64,000 nucleotides of DNA from Thermodesulfobacteriota bacterium. Its GTDB lineage: Bacteria > Desulfobacterota > Desulfobulbia > Desulfobulbales > SURF-16. Below are positions 17,249-28,196 of this stretch, one piece after another. The stretch spans positions 11,216-75,215 of the forward strand of contig JBMONN010000009.1 of the NCBI GenBank assembly GCA_049323935.1. The letters run 5' to 3'. The notes beneath the pieces were generated by a model that saw only the letters and a list, made by a program, of their open reading frames with translations, was not told the DNA's origin and made no database searches. The position numbers were made by a program, and so were the translations under genes. Each line of letters starts with the position of its first letter. Within the stretch, counting starts at the first letter, position 1.

Positions 17249-19479
17249 ATGGCAAAAAACAACAGCGACATTCGCTTCGGCTGGTTTCCGGCCGCCAGCT
17301 TTCTGCTGGTGGACGACGATCAGGAACATCTGGAAATGCTCGATCGCTCTCTGTCGGGCATGGGCTTTGCCACGCAGGCCGTTGCCGACGGGGAGGAAGC
17401 GGTGGCGTTTTGCCGGCAGGAACGGTTCGATGTCGTTATTGCGGACATCCAGATGCCGCGGATGGACGGCTTTGAGCTGCTGCGCATCATCAAAAAAGAG
17501 TATGAGGAGATCGATGTTGTTCTGATGACCGGGTTCAGCCGGACCTACACCTTCACCGACGTCATCAGAGGCGGGGCGACCGACTATCTGGAAAAGCCCT
17601 TTACCCGGGATGCTTTGCGCGCCAAGATTTTTCGCATCCTGAAAGAACGGGCTCTGCTGGCCGGATACAACAGGGAGCTGGCCCAGCGCCGGGAGATGGA
17701 AGCGACCCTCCAGCGCAAATCGGCTGACCTGGAAAAACGGGTACGGGAGTTGAACTGCCTCTACCGGGTTTCCGGCATCATGGAGGAAAAAAAGAGAGAC
17801 TTGACATTCTGCTGCGGGCGGTGGCGGAGGCCATTCCGGCGGCCCTGCGCTATCCGGAACGTGCCGCTGCCCGTATTCGGCACCACGACTTCTCCTGTTG
17901 CACGACCGGCTTCCGTCAGACCCCCTGGACATTGCGGGCGGCCATCCGTTCCCGGGGGGAGGAAGTGGGGGAGATCGAAGTTTGTTATGACGAGGAGATT
18001 GCCGGTGACGCGGGAGGATTCTTTCCTGAGGAGGAACGCAACCTGATCGCCGAAATCGCCGATAAAACGGGACAGGCCATCGACCGGCAGCGGGCCGAGG
18101 AAGACGCCCTGCTTTCCCTTGCCAGACTGGAGGAAACGGTCCGCCTCCGCACCCGTGAACTGAGCGAGGCGCAAACGGCGCTGGAAGCTGTTTTCCAGAA
18201 CATCCCGGACGGCATCCTTTCTGTCGACGGACAGATGATGATCACCCATGTCAATGAACAATGCCGTCGCTATCTCGACGCCACGGCCGGGACCGTCTTT
18301 CATCCTGGGCAAAGCTGCTTTCAGAGGGAATGTCACCGTCTTCTGCAGACAACTCTTTCCAGTGGTGAGGTGGTGACCGACTATCGGGTCGAGATCCGGC
18401 AGGACAAGCAGCCGGGGCATGTGGTGCTGGTCAGCACCTCCCTGCTGCGCGATAGCGGCCGGCAGGTTTCCGGCGCCCTGCTGATCATTCATGATATCAC
18501 CCGGTTGGCGGATCTGGAAAAACAACTGCTGGAGCGGCGGAAATTCCGGGAGATTATCGGCAGTTCCCCGCAAATCCGCCAGGTGTATGATACGATCCGC
18601 CGACTTGCTTCCGTTGATACGACGGTGCTCATTACCGGCGAATCCGGGACCGGCAAGGAACTGCTGGTCGAAACCCTGCATGCCGGCGGTGATCGGGGAG
18701 ACCGGCCGCTGATCAAGGTCAACTGTGCGGCCCTGCCGGAAACCCTGCTGGAGAGCGAACTGTTCGGCCACATCCGCGGTGCCTTCACCGGCGCGGTGAA
18801 GGATCGGACCGGGCGGATCGAGGCGGCGGAGGGCGGTATCCTTTTCCTCGATGAAATAGGCGATATCTCTCCCCGCATCCAGCTCAAACTGCTCCGTTTC
18901 CTGGAAACAAAGGAATATGAACGGGTCGGCGAGTCACGGACCAGGCGGGCCGATGTCCGGATTTTTGCGGCCACCAACGCCGACCTGGTTCGTAAGGTAG
19001 AGGAAGGGCTGTTCCGGGAGGATCTCTACTATCGCCTCAAAGTCATGGTCCTGACCGTGCCGCCCCTGCGGGAACGCAAAGAGGATATCCCGCTACTCGT
19101 CGATCATTTTCTTGCCCTGTTCAATCAGAAATTTCACAAGTCGATTGCCGGTGTCTCCCCTGAGGTCCGCGATATCCTGATGCGCTATGACTGGCCCGGC
19201 AATATCCGCGAACTCAAGCACGTGCTGGAGCACGCGGTGCTGCTTTCCTCCGGCCACGAGTTGCTGGCCGTCCATCTGCCCGGTGATCTTTGCCCGGCCG
19301 CCCGGACCCTTCCTCCGGATGGCCAGCCGGCCCGCGCTCTGACCCGGGAAGCTCTGCTCAACGCCCTGCGGCAAAGCGGCGGCAACAAGGCGAAAACCGC
19401 CCGTATCCTAAAGATGAGCCGCGCCACCCTTTACAATAAGATCCGGGAATTCAATCTGCAGCATGAAACTCGTGCCTGA
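17249..19479 (+). pseudogene. Sigma-54-dependent activator (REC - sensor - PAS - AAA+ - Fis HTH) interrupted by a -1 frameshift at an A7 run
   Basis: Segment 1 (17249 frame): receiver domain and LNCLYRVSGIMEEKK. Segment 2 (17821 frame, open from 17728): ERLDILLRAVAEAIPAALRYPE..., PAS, GESGTGKE, GAFTGA, ESELFGH, C-terminal HTH. Total length is 3n-1. The junction is at 17787-17793. Could be a sequencing error, a true pseudogene or recoding. Confidence 0.8.
17788..17794 (+). other. A AAA AAG heptamer in phase with the upstream frame (candidate -1 slippery site)
   Basis: 0-frame codons are GAA AAA AAG. Slipping by -1 gives ...EEKK-ERLDILLRAV..., continuous with the downstream domains. Confidence 0.4.
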
Positions 19480-19660
19480 TCCTCATCAGGTACTCCTTTG
19501 CATGGCACGCATGTGTCTAATTTGCGCATTTCTGTCTTGACATTGGTGCCTAAAATAGACATCTCGGGCTGACGTTTTCGTATTTCCTATTCTCGACATC
19601 CTGTCTGTATCCTTTCAATTTTACTTTGTTTTTTTTGTATTTGTCAGGTTGAGCATATTG

Positions 19661-19676
19661 TGGCATGTGTTTTGGA
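19661..19676 (+). promoter_or_regulatory. Weak sigma-54-like promoter upstream of the Trx-like/che genes
   Basis: TGGCAT-N5-TTGGA. Spacing is correct, but the conserved -12 GC is GG. Confidence 0.2.
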
Positions 19677-19727
19677 CATCCTGAAGATGTGATGGCATTG
19701 ACATCCACTTTTTTCCGGAATCCTCCC

Positions 19728-20108
19728 ATGCTGACAATTCTTGATCAGGATCTTTATGAAAACGAGGTGATGCAGGCAGACCGGCCGGTTCTGCTCTGTT
19801 TTTTTTCATGCGCATTTTTTTCACGCGAAATCAACAGGATGCTGAAGGCGTTGAGTCGAGAATATGCCCTCATAGGATTCTATGCCGTGCCGGAAGAGGA
19901 GCATAGGTTTTTCTTTGAAAAATTTCAATTCATCGGCACTCCTACCTTTATTTTGCTTGAAAGAGGTATGGAGCGGGGACGAATTCTCGGCATGGTTTCT
20001 TTTGATGAGCTCAATGATTTTATTCAAAGCAAAATCAGAGAAAGTCGTAAGAGTAACTTGCCGTTTACTGAAAAAAGCCCGGCGGCTGGCTGGTCGCAAT
20101 GTGCGTGA
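19728..20108 (+). CDS. Thioredoxin-fold protein lacking the CxxC motif
   Basis: L.D..Y..EV...D.PVLLCFFS ... FYAV..EE ... KFQF.GTPTFILLERG follows the thioredoxin pattern, but WCGPC is replaced by SCAFF. Start is uncertain (19692 or 19728). Confidence 0.55.
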   Translation: MLTILDQDLYENEVMQADRPVLLCFFSCAFFSREINRMLKALSREYALIGFYAVPEEEHRFFFEKFQFIGTPTFILLERGMERGRILGMVSFDELNDFIQSKIRESRKSNLPFTEKSPAAGWSQCA

Positions 20109-20143
20109 CCTGATGGTGTTTAAGTGCAAATCAAGGGGAATAT

Positions 20144-20743
20144 ATGGCCTTTACCTTTTTTTTCCGAGATCTGCCGGTATTGGAACATGCGGTGGAGCAC
20201 ACCATCAGACTGGCTCTGGGCCGGCAGCGGATCAAGGTCTGGGATGCCGGCTGCGCCCTGGGACAGGAGGCATACACCCTGGCCTTTCTTTTTGCCGAGC
20301 GGCTGGGCTCTGCCTTCAACAACCTCTACCTGCATGCCACCGATTATGACAGCGCCAATAATTTCGGCGACATCGTTCGGCAGGCAAGCTACCGGTACGA
20401 CGAACTGCAACGGATACCTCCGGTGATTTTTAGCAGATATTTTGACAGGCAGGCCAATGACCGCTTTCGGGTCTCTGAAAAGATCAGAGCCCGGGTCTTT
20501 TTTCAGTATCACGATCTGCTGACCCTGCAGCCGGTCGGTTCTGATTACGCCCTGATCGTGTGCAAGAATGTTCTGCTCCATTTCAACCCCGAGTCCCGGC
20601 TCCGGGTGCTCGGGATGTACCACCAGTCCCTCTGCCCAGGCGGCTATCTCGCCATGGAACATACCCAGATGATGCCGTCCGAGCTCGATCATCTCTTTGA
20701 ACAGGTTGTGCCGGATGCTCGGCTGTACAGAAGAATCCAGTAA
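20144..20743 (+). CDS. CheR-type SAM-dependent methyltransferase, catalytic domain only
   Basis: [40 protein letters not shown] and GGYLAMEH match the CheR C-terminal domain. The N-terminal helical domain is absent. Confidence 0.8.
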   Translation: MAFTFFFRDLPVLEHAVEHTIRLALGRQRIKVWDAGCALGQEAYTLAFLFAERLGSAFNNLYLHATDYDSANNFGDIVRQASYRYDELQRIPPVIFSRYFDRQANDRFRVSEKIRARVFFQYHDLLTLQPVGSDYALIVCKNVLLHFNPESRLRVLGMYHQSLCPGGYLAMEHTQMMPSELDHLFEQVVPDARLYRRIQ

Positions 20744-20874
20744 AGAAGAAGTCATTGATGAGCGCCGTCCCGCCCATGACGGTCATTATGAAGCATATGA
20801 AACGTCCGGTGAGAGAGAAGGATGATGAAAATCCTCCGGGCAATGACGTCGAAACCCGACATCAGGAGAAAGAC

Positions 20875-23376
20875 ATGAACTGGTTCTACAACATGACATT
20901 ACGGGGAAAGCTGCTGGCAGGATTTGTTGCGGTGGCAATGATCGCTGCCATCATTGGCGGGGTGGGGATCTACAATATTCGAAAGATTGATAACGCCGAC
21001 ACCATGCTTTATGAAAAAATGACTGTTCCCCTGGGAGAAGTGGCACAGATTTCCATTGCCTTTCAGCGGATTCGGGTCAATGGTCGGGATATCATTGCTG
21101 CCAGTTCGAACGAGGAAAAACAGAAATTTGCAGGGCTCATAAAAGAGCTGCGCACAATCATCGACAAGGAGGCTGTGGAGTTCGAAAAGACGATTCTGAC
21201 CGCTGAGGGACAAAGTCTTTTCGAAGAGTTCAAGCAGACGAGAACCTCCTATGGACCTTTACTCGATCGAGTGGTGGCCCTGGCCATGGCGGATAGAGAC
21301 GACGAGGCGACAGCTCTTCTGCAAGGTGAGGCCGGCGTAGCCGCCCGCGCCGAGCAGGAGGCAATTGACAAATTGTTGGAGTCGAAGATCGAGCAGGCCA
21401 GGCTGACAGCTGAACAGAATACCGTTGACGCCAACCGGGCCAGCACCATCATGACCGCCCTGCTGGTTATGGGTGTTCTTCTTGCCGTTGGACTTGGTCT
21501 TTTTATCGCCCGCATCGTCATGAGGCAGCTCGGCGCTGATCCCAAAGAAGTGGGCGAGATCGCCAATCTGGTGGGCAAGGGTGATCTGAGCCGGGAGATA
21601 GACCTTGTCGCCGGCGACAGCAGCAGCGTCATGGCGGCGATGAAAAAGATGGTCGAGGCCATCCGCGCCCTGAGCAATGACGCCTTTATGCTGGCCGAGG
21701 CGGCGGTGGCCGGCAAGCTCGCCACCCGGGCCGATGCCTCCAGGCATCAGGGCGATTACCAGAAGATCGTCATCGGTGTCAACGACACCCTCGATGCGGT
21801 GATCGGTCCGTTGAACGTGGCCGCTGAATACGTGGATCGCATCTCGAAGGGCGATATCCCGCCGATGATCACCGACAACTATAACGGTGACTTCAACGAA
21901 ATCAAGAACAACATCAATAATATGCTCAGGACGATGAACGACCTGCTGAGCCAGACGGATAGTATCATCCGGGCGGCGGCGGACGGCGAACTTGACAAAC
22001 GGGCCGATGCCACCCGGTTTGTCGGCAGCTGGCAGCAATTGGTCAAGGGCATCAACGATATTGTGACCAATATCGTCAATCCATTGATGGTCACTTCCGA
22101 TTATGTTGACCGGGTATCCAAAGGCGATATGCCGCCAATCATCACAGACATCTATAAAGGGCAGTATAACCTGATAAAAAACAACCTGAATATCCTTATC
22201 GAGGCAACAAACAGCATCATTGCCAATGTCCGGCAGGTGTCCCAGGGCAACTTGATGGTGGAGCTCAAAAAGCGCAGCGACAACGACGAGCTGATGCAGT
22301 CATTGTCCGCCATGGTTGCCAATTTGAAAGAAGTCGCTGCCAGCGCCAAGCAGGTATCCCAGGGCAACTTGATGGTGGAGCTCAAAAAGCGCAGCGACAA
22401 CGATGAACTGATGGAATCTTTATCAGATATGGTGGCCAAGTTGAAAGAGGTGGTCATGGAGGTGCAGACCGCGGCGGATAACGTGGCGGCCGGCGCCCAG
22501 GAGATGTCGGCCACTGCCCAGAATATGTCGCAGGGCGCCACCGAGCAGGCGGCGAGCGCCGAGGAGGTTTCCTCCAGCATGGAACAGATGGCATCGAACA
22601 TCCGCCAGAACACCGACAACGCCATGCAGACGGAAAAAATTGCGGTAAAGAGTGCAGCGGACGCCCGTGAGGGCGGCAAGGCGGTCAGTGAGACGGTGAC
22701 GGCGATGAAGCAGATCGCCACCAAGATCTCGATCATCGAGGAGATCGCCCGGCAGACCAACCTGCTGGCGTTGAACGCCGCCATCGAGGCGGCCCGGGCC
22801 GGCGAACACGGCAAGGGCTTTGCCGTGGTCGCCTCCGAGGTGCGCAAACTTGCCGAACGCAGTCAATCGGCGGCGGGCGAGATCAGCAAGCTGTCAACCT
22901 CAAGCGTGGCGGTTGCCGAGCAGGCGGGTGAGATGCTGAACAAGATGCTGCCGGACATCCAGCGCACCGCCGAGCTGGTCCAGGAGATCAGCGCGGCGAG
23001 CAAGGAACAGGACGCCGGAGCAGAACAGATCAACAAGGCGATTCAGCAGCTCGATCAGGTCATCCAGCAGAATGCCGGAGCGACCGAGGAGATGGCCTCG
23101 ACCACCGAGGAGCTGTCGAGCCAGGCAGAGCAGTTGAAAGGGACCATTGCCTTCTTCAGCATCGAGGCAGCCGGTCGGCGGCAGCGTTCCTCTGCCGCTC
23201 AACATCATAAAATTGCCCGACCGCAACCGGCCCTGCTTCATCATGCCGCCGCCCCGGCCGGCGGTCATGCTGGCGTCCGTCCGGGCAAGAAGGATGACGC
23301 CATTCATCTCGAGCTGACGGCCGCTAACGCGAAAACCGGTGTTGATCAGCTTGATGAGGAATTTGAGAATTATTAA
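20875..23376 (+). CDS. Methyl-accepting chemotaxis protein with extended HAMP-like repeat array
   Basis: TM + 4-helix-bundle-like sensor + TM2/HAMP. Several repeats ([28 protein letters not shown] / [28 protein letters not shown]). Signalling domain [44 protein letters not shown] before ATG 20875. Confidence 0.9.
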   Translation: MNWFYNMTLRGKLLAGFVAVAMIAAIIGGVGIYNIRKIDNADTMLYEKMTVPLGEVAQISIAFQRIRVNGRDIIAASSNEEKQKFAGLIKELRTIIDKEAVEFEKTILTAEGQSLFEEFKQTRTSYGPLLDRVVALAMADRDDEATALLQGEAGVAARAEQEAIDKLLESKIEQARLTAEQNTVDANRASTIMTALLVMGVLLAVGLGLFIARIVMRQLGADPKEVGEIANLVGKGDLSREIDLVAGDSSSVMAAMKKMVEAIRALSNDAFMLAEAAVAGKLATRADASRHQGDYQKIVIGVNDTLDAVIGPLNVAAEYVDRISKGDIPPMITDNYNGDFNEIKNNINNMLRTMNDLLSQTDSIIRAAADGELDKRADATRFVGSWQQLVKGINDIVTNIVNPLMVTSDYVDRVSKGDMPPIITDIYKGQYNLIKNNLNILIEATNSIIANVRQVSQGNLMVELKKRSDNDELMQSLSAMVANLKEVAASAKQVSQGNLMVELKKRSDNDELMESLSDMVAKLKEVVMEVQTAADNVAAGAQEMSATAQNMSQGATEQAASAEEVSSSMEQMASNIRQNTDNAMQTEKIAVKSAADAREGGKAVSETVTAMKQIATKISIIEEIARQTNLLALNAAIEAARAGEHGKGFAVVASEVRKLAERSQSAAGEISKLSTSSVAVAEQAGEMLNKMLPDIQRTAELVQEISAASKEQDAGAEQINKAIQQLDQVIQQNAGATEEMASTTEELSSQAEQLKGTIAFFSIEAAGRRQRSSAAQHHKIARPQPALLHHAAAPAGGHAGVRPGKKDDAIHLELTAANAKTGVDQLDEEFENY
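22234..22467 (+). repeat. 117-bp (39-codon) tandem duplication inside the MCP gene
   Basis: CAGGTGTCCCAGGGCAACTTGATGGTGGAGCTCAAAAAGCGCAGCGACAACGA... at 22234 recurs at 22351. Encodes [31 protein letters not shown] twice. Confidence 0.85.
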
Positions 23377-23522
23377 CAGCAACGGATAGTAATGAGTTGG
23401 TTGTCGTCGGTCTTGCGAACCACTGGTGATTCGTCATGGGCGGCAAGGGATTGCCGCCCGGCCGTTGTAACCGATCAACGGCTCAGGCGCCTCCATCTTT
23501 CAGCGACAAGGAGATAATCCAA

Positions 23523-24050
23523 ATGAGTGTAGCGACAATTACCCAAACCGTGCAGTATCTCACCTTCAAACTGGCTGAGGAGGTTTTCGCCCTCGATGTG
23601 GCCAAGGTGCGGGAGATTCTTGAATTGGCGACCATCACCAAGGTGCCGCAGACGCCGGCCTTCATGCGCGGGGTCATCAATCTGCGGGGCAGGGTGGTGC
23701 CGGTCATTGATCTGCGACTCACCTTCGGCATGAGTCGTACCGAGCAGACGGTGGACACCTGTATCATCGTGGTCGAGGTGGATGTCGGCGGTGAGATGAT
23801 CGTCCTCGGCGTGCTGGCCGATTCGGTGCAGGAGGTAGTGGAGATGGAGCCGGAACAGATCGAACCGGCCCCCCACATCGGCACCAGGCTCAACACCGAA
23901 TTCATCAGAGGCATGGGCAAATTGAATAACGATTTTGTCATGATCCTTGATATCGACAGGGTTTTTTCCTCGGCTGATCTGCTGGCCCTGACCGGCGGGG
24001 TGGTCGATGGGCAGCAGCAGGATGTGCAGGTGGAGGCGTCTGCGTTCTGA
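23523..24050 (+). CDS. cheW: Chemotaxis coupling protein CheW
   Basis: YLTFKLAEEVFALDVAKVREILE...VPQTP.FMRGVINLRG.VVPVIDLR pattern. AAGGAG RBS before ATG 23523. Confidence 0.88.
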   Translation: MSVATITQTVQYLTFKLAEEVFALDVAKVREILELATITKVPQTPAFMRGVINLRGRVVPVIDLRLTFGMSRTEQTVDTCIIVVEVDVGGEMIVLGVLADSVQEVVEMEPEQIEPAPHIGTRLNTEFIRGMGKLNNDFVMILDIDRVFSSADLLALTGGVVDGQQQDVQVEASAF

Positions 24051-24196
24051 ATGATTTAGGCCTCAAATGGTGGTGTTTACGCGACTGCGCCGCGAGAAAA
24101 AGGTTTTGGTCAACGCCGGAAAAAGTATAGGATGAATAGGGGAGAATGGAGAGCGGTTCCGTTTCGCTTTTTTTTATCTGAACAGGCGGAGAATAT

Positions 24197-26296
24197 ATGA
24201 TGTCCCAACACGACGCCCTGCAGGACCTGATTGACCTCCCCAAATTTCAGAATCTGTTGGACAGTCTTTATGCGGTGGTCGGTATTACCACGGCTGTCAT
24301 TGATCTGACCGGCAATATTCTGATAATCTCCGGATGGCAGGATATTTGTGTCAGGTTTCATCGGATCCACCCCCTTAGTCAGGAACAATGCCGGGAAAGT
24401 GACAGGACAATCACTCACGGGTTGTCATGCGCATCCGGTCATGTCCAGATCACCTGTCCCCGTGGCCTGACCGACGTGGCCATTCCGCTGGTCATCGAAG
24501 GCGTTCACCTTGCCAATGTCTTTACCGGCCAGTTTTTTCTTGCCCCACCGGACCGCGACCATTTCCGGCAACAGGCAAAGGTGTTCGGTTTCGACGAAGA
24601 GACCTACCTCGCCGCCTTGGATCGGGTGCCGGTTATCAGTCAGGAGAAACTCGAGCAGTACCTTGTTCTGCTTGCCAATCTGGTCGAATTCATGGCCATG
24701 CAGGGATTGCAACACCTGCGCAGTCTCCGAGCCCAGGAGGAATTGCGAGAACGGGAAACCCAGTACCGCAATCTCGCCAATGCTGGTTCGGCTTTGATCT
24801 GGACATCGGGAGTGAATAAGCTATGCAATTTTTTCAACCAGCCCTGGCTTGATTTCACCGGCAGGAGCATGGAACAGGAGCTGGGCAACGGCTGGGTACA
24901 GGGGGTCCATCCCGACGATCTGGAGCGTTGCCTGAAAACCTATACCACCGCTTTTGACCGGAGAGAACCTTTTGACATGGAATACCGACTCCGGCACCAC
25001 AGCGGCTGCTATCGCTGGATTCAGGATGTCGGTACGCCCAATTTCAACAGTAAAGGCGAATTTGTCGGCTATATCGGCTACTGTTTTGACATTACCACCC
25101 GCAAGAGGGAGGAAGAGGAAAACGCACAGCTGCAGGCCCGGCTCAACCAGGCCCAGAAGATGGAGGCCATCGGTGTGCTGGCCGGTGGTATTGCCCATGA
25201 CTTCAACAACATTCTCGGCCCCATCATCGGCTATACCGAGATTGCCCGGGAGGACGCGGATTCTGATTCCCAGCTTGCTTATGATCTCGATCGTGTCCTG
25301 GCCTCGGCTCATCGCGCCAAGGATCTGATCAGACATATTCTCACCTTCAGTCGGCAATCCGGGGAGGAGCGCATACCCCTCAAAATTCAACCGCTGCTGA
25401 AGGAATCACTGAAGATGCTGCGGGCATCGATTCCGGCCACCATCACCATCAGGAAAGATGTTTCTCCCCGCTGCGGGGTCGTGCTGGCCGACCCGAGTCA
25501 GGTCCATCAGATCATCATGAACCTCTGCACCAATGCCTTTCATGCCATGGAGATGACCGGCGGCGTCCTTTCCGTGAGCCTGAAAGAGAAAGTCGTTGAT
25601 TCGCATGCCCCGGACGCGGGTGCACTTGTGCCGGGCGATTATATCGAATTGACCGTCAGTGATACGGGCAATGGCATTGGACCGGATATTTTCGACCAGA
25701 TATTTGATCCTTATTTCACCACCAAGGAGATCGGCAAGGGGACGGGATTGGGTTTGGCCATTGTCAGTGGCATCATCAAAAGTTATGGTGGCGCTGTAAC
25801 CGTTGAGAGCGTTCTTGGTCAGGGCGCCACCTTTCGGGTTTATTTTCCAGTGATCCATGAGGAAGCGGGAAAACATGACGACCAACCTGTGGTGATATCG
25901 GGTGGCAGTGAACAGATTCTCTTTGTCGATGATGAAGAGATTCTGGCGAAAATGAGCAGAAAAATGCTGGAGCGGATGGGCTATGCGGTCACTGTCCATA
26001 CCAGCGGCAGCGAGGCCCTGGCTGTCTTCATGGAAGATCCCGACCGTTTTGATCTGGTGATTACCGACCAGACCATGCCCGGCATGACGGGAATCGAACT
26101 GGCCAAGCAAATCCTTGCGGTCAGGCCGGTTCTGCCGATCATCCTCTGCACCGGTTTCAGTTCCGTTGTTGATGAGGAGGACGTCAGGGCCGCCGGGATC
26201 AGGGAGTTCGCCCTGAAACCGCTTTCCCGGGAGGTGATCGGCCGGCTGATCAGAAAAATGTGTGATGCCGCTGCGCACGTGTCAATTGGGCAATAG
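24197..26296 (+). CDS. Hybrid sensor histidine kinase: PocR - PAS - HisKA - HATPase - REC
   Basis: PocR-like N-terminus (LQ.LLDS......I..AVIDL.GN.L...G....C...H......C.ESD...[17 protein letters not shown]). H-box [12 protein letters not shown]-boxes DTGNGI and GTGLGLA. C-terminal receiver (ILFVDDE...[12 protein letters not shown]...KP). Confidence 0.88.
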   Translation: MMSQHDALQDLIDLPKFQNLLDSLYAVVGITTAVIDLTGNILIISGWQDICVRFHRIHPLSQEQCRESDRTITHGLSCASGHVQITCPRGLTDVAIPLVIEGVHLANVFTGQFFLAPPDRDHFRQQAKVFGFDEETYLAALDRVPVISQEKLEQYLVLLANLVEFMAMQGLQHLRSLRAQEELRERETQYRNLANAGSALIWTSGVNKLCNFFNQPWLDFTGRSMEQELGNGWVQGVHPDDLERCLKTYTTAFDRREPFDMEYRLRHHSGCYRWIQDVGTPNFNSKGEFVGYIGYCFDITTRKREEEENAQLQARLNQAQKMEAIGVLAGGIAHDFNNILGPIIGYTEIAREDADSDSQLAYDLDRVLASAHRAKDLIRHILTFSRQSGEERIPLKIQPLLKESLKMLRASIPATITIRKDVSPRCGVVLADPSQVHQIIMNLCTNAFHAMEMTGGVLSVSLKEKVVDSHAPDAGALVPGDYIELTVSDTGNGIGPDIFDQIFDPYFTTKEIGKGTGLGLAIVSGIIKSYGGAVTVESVLGQGATFRVYFPVIHEEAGKHDDQPVVISGGSEQILFVDDEEILAKMSRKMLERMGYAVTVHTSGSEALAVFMEDPDRFDLVITDQTMPGMTGIELAKQILAVRPVLPIILCTGFSSVVDEEDVRAAGIREFALKPLSREVIGRLIRKMCDAAAHVSIGQ

Positions 26297-26445
26297 TGAT
26301 CCCTTCACAGCAGCCGGGGAAGGGGTAATGTGCCTGACGTTGTTGTCATCAGAAGATGAAGAGACAGCATTGATGTGAGATGAAAACGACCGGTTGCGCC
26401 GGAGGGAGACGCTTAAATTGGTCAGGGTGATGGCAGCTGTATGCC

Positions 26446-27966
26446 CTAGAGCCCGTCTGTTTTCAGGTGCCGTTCAAGACCGGCGTGCTGGATGATCAAC
26501 TTAGAAAATTTTCCTGCCAGGCGGCGGAGATCGCTATCGGAAAGGCGGTCGGTATCGGTCATGCGGACCGTGGTGGTGCGGCCGGCGTTGTCCAGCGGTT
26601 GCCAGCGGCAAAAGAAACGGTCGTTGAGGGCGCCGGCAAAACAGATGACGGTGCGCGTCTGGCGGGCCGTGGCCAGGTGCTGACAGCAGGAGTCATAGCC
26701 GAAAAAGATATCCGCCTGATCGATCAGGGCGGAAAGCATGCCGATCCCGCCCTGGACACAGATCAGCCCCTTTGTGAAAACCGGATGGCTGCGGGTGAGA
26801 TCTTTTTCGGAAAGCCGGGCTGTGGCAAGGCCCCGATTCTCCATGGCCTCCATCAGTTTCGCTGCCCGTTCCCTCTCCTCCGGATGGCAGCCGCTGTCAA
26901 GGATGACAAGTGTTTTATCCTGGCGCAGCAGCAGGGAGAGCAGTTCTTCCTCGAAGGGATCGGGCAACCGTTTGCCGGCGTCGTTGCCAACCCCGAGGTT
27001 GATGACGATTTTTGCCGTGTCGTCGGGAAATGCGGCGAGAAAAGCACGAACGGCCTGCTGGTGGACCGGCCGGATGGCGATGGACGGCGGGAGCTGGCAC
27101 TTTTCGTTCAACAGATCATTGAGCCAGTCGTTGGTCAACCTGCTCAGGCGGTGCGAACTGTCCTCGGCAAATTCCCGTGAGGGGAAATAGCAGTACCAGT
27201 GATCGTCGACAAAGGGCAGCAGGCCGAGCTGGCTCAGTCTGCTGTCCGGATCAACAAGCAGGGTTCTGCCGGCGGCAAGCCCCTGACGCTCCTTTTCCAG
27301 CAGATGGTAGAGGGAGGTAAAATACACCAGTCGGCCGACCAGACCGCCGTCCCGCTGGTAGTGCACTTTGGTCCAGTGGACATCGGGGAGGCCGGCAAAG
27401 AGTTCCGCCAGGTGCTGCGGGCCGAAGACAATCAGTTCCGCCGCCGGGAAACTGCGGCGCAGGCGGTGGATGAGAATGGAGGTGATGGCGACATCGGCGC
27501 CGACGGTGACCCGGGAGAGGATGAGGATTTTGCGGATCGCGTTCTGCAGAGCGGGAGGGAAGGGCCGTCGCTGTTTGATCAGACGGTAGCGGGCAAGGAG
27601 CTGTTCTTCGTCATGAAAGCCGAGGCGGAGCAGCAGTTCATGCATGACTCGCCCTTCGTTTCGTTGCCGGAGCATGGTCAGCATGCGCGCCAGCACCCGG
27701 CTGGCCAGGTCGGCGCCGCTGGCGCTGAAATCGTCGCAGAGCGGTTCAATGATGTTTTTATAGATGCTGACCACCGCAGCACGACGCAGCGGACCGCTTT
27801 CTCCGGCGAGGGCGGTGGCGCAGAGACGTTCGATGAAGGAAAAATCAGGCGGCTTGCCGGTGGCTGCGGCCTCCATGAAAAAACGGCTTGCCTCCTCGAT
27901 GGCTGCTTCATCCGCCAGTGGAAAGAGGGCGTCCTGGAAGCTCTGTCGTGCTGGGGCTCTGTCCAT
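26446..27966 (-). CDS. Glycosyltransferase family 9-like protein with ~130-aa N-terminal extension
   Basis: ILILSRVTVGADVAITSILIHRLRRSFP.AELIVFG and IVINLGVGNDAGKRLP...GGIGMLSALIDQADIFFGYDSCCQHLA resemble the two halves of a heptosyltransferase fold. The N-terminal third has no motif I recognise. Confidence 0.55.
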   Translation of the reverse strand: MDRAPARQSFQDALFPLADEAAIEEASRFFMEAAATGKPPDFSFIERLCATALAGESGPLRRAAVVSIYKNIIEPLCDDFSASGADLASRVLARMLTMLRQRNEGRVMHELLLRLGFHDEEQLLARYRLIKQRRPFPPALQNAIRKILILSRVTVGADVAITSILIHRLRRSFPAAELIVFGPQHLAELFAGLPDVHWTKVHYQRDGGLVGRLVYFTSLYHLLEKERQGLAAGRTLLVDPDSRLSQLGLLPFVDDHWYCYFPSREFAEDSSHRLSRLTNDWLNDLLNEKCQLPPSIAIRPVHQQAVRAFLAAFPDDTAKIVINLGVGNDAGKRLPDPFEEELLSLLLRQDKTLVILDSGCHPEERERAAKLMEAMENRGLATARLSEKDLTRSHPVFTKGLICVQGGIGMLSALIDQADIFFGYDSCCQHLATARQTRTVICFAGALNDRFFCRWQPLDNAGRTTTVRMTDTDRLSDSDLRRLAGKFSKLIIQHAGLERHLKTDGL

Positions 27967-27990
27967 ATCCTTGTGGTCGTGAGAGAGGGT

Positions 27991-28184
27991 GCAAAAGAAA
28001 AAAGTCGTTTGAAAATACCACTATAGACGGCCGTTGCGGTGTGGGCAAATAAATTGTGCGGTCATGAGGGAAAACTGCCGGCATGGTCCGGCGCCACGGT
28101 GTCGAGAAAGCGGAGGCGTACAGGTGGTACGTCGAGCATTTCGCGATCCCGCCGTAACGCGGGAGATCAGACTTTTTGCGACGC
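27991..28184. repeat. TIR-bounded palindromic element, copy B (degenerate)
   Basis: Right end GACTTTTTGCGACGC (28170-28184) is identical to 45578-45592. Centre GGCGTAC-aggtg-GTACGTC parallels GGCGTAC-ttgg-GTACGCC at 45530-45547. Left end is GCAAAAGAAAAAAGTC. Confidence 0.4.
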
Positions 28185-28196
28185 TTTCATCTTTGG

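Noticed and set aside
17249-18046. Taking the 265-aa ORF as an intact stand-alone response regulator
   Set aside because: Its last ~76 residues (TFCCGRWRRPFRRPCAIRNVPLP...) are out-of-frame noise. The -1 frame continues the sensor motif seamlessly from the A7 run.
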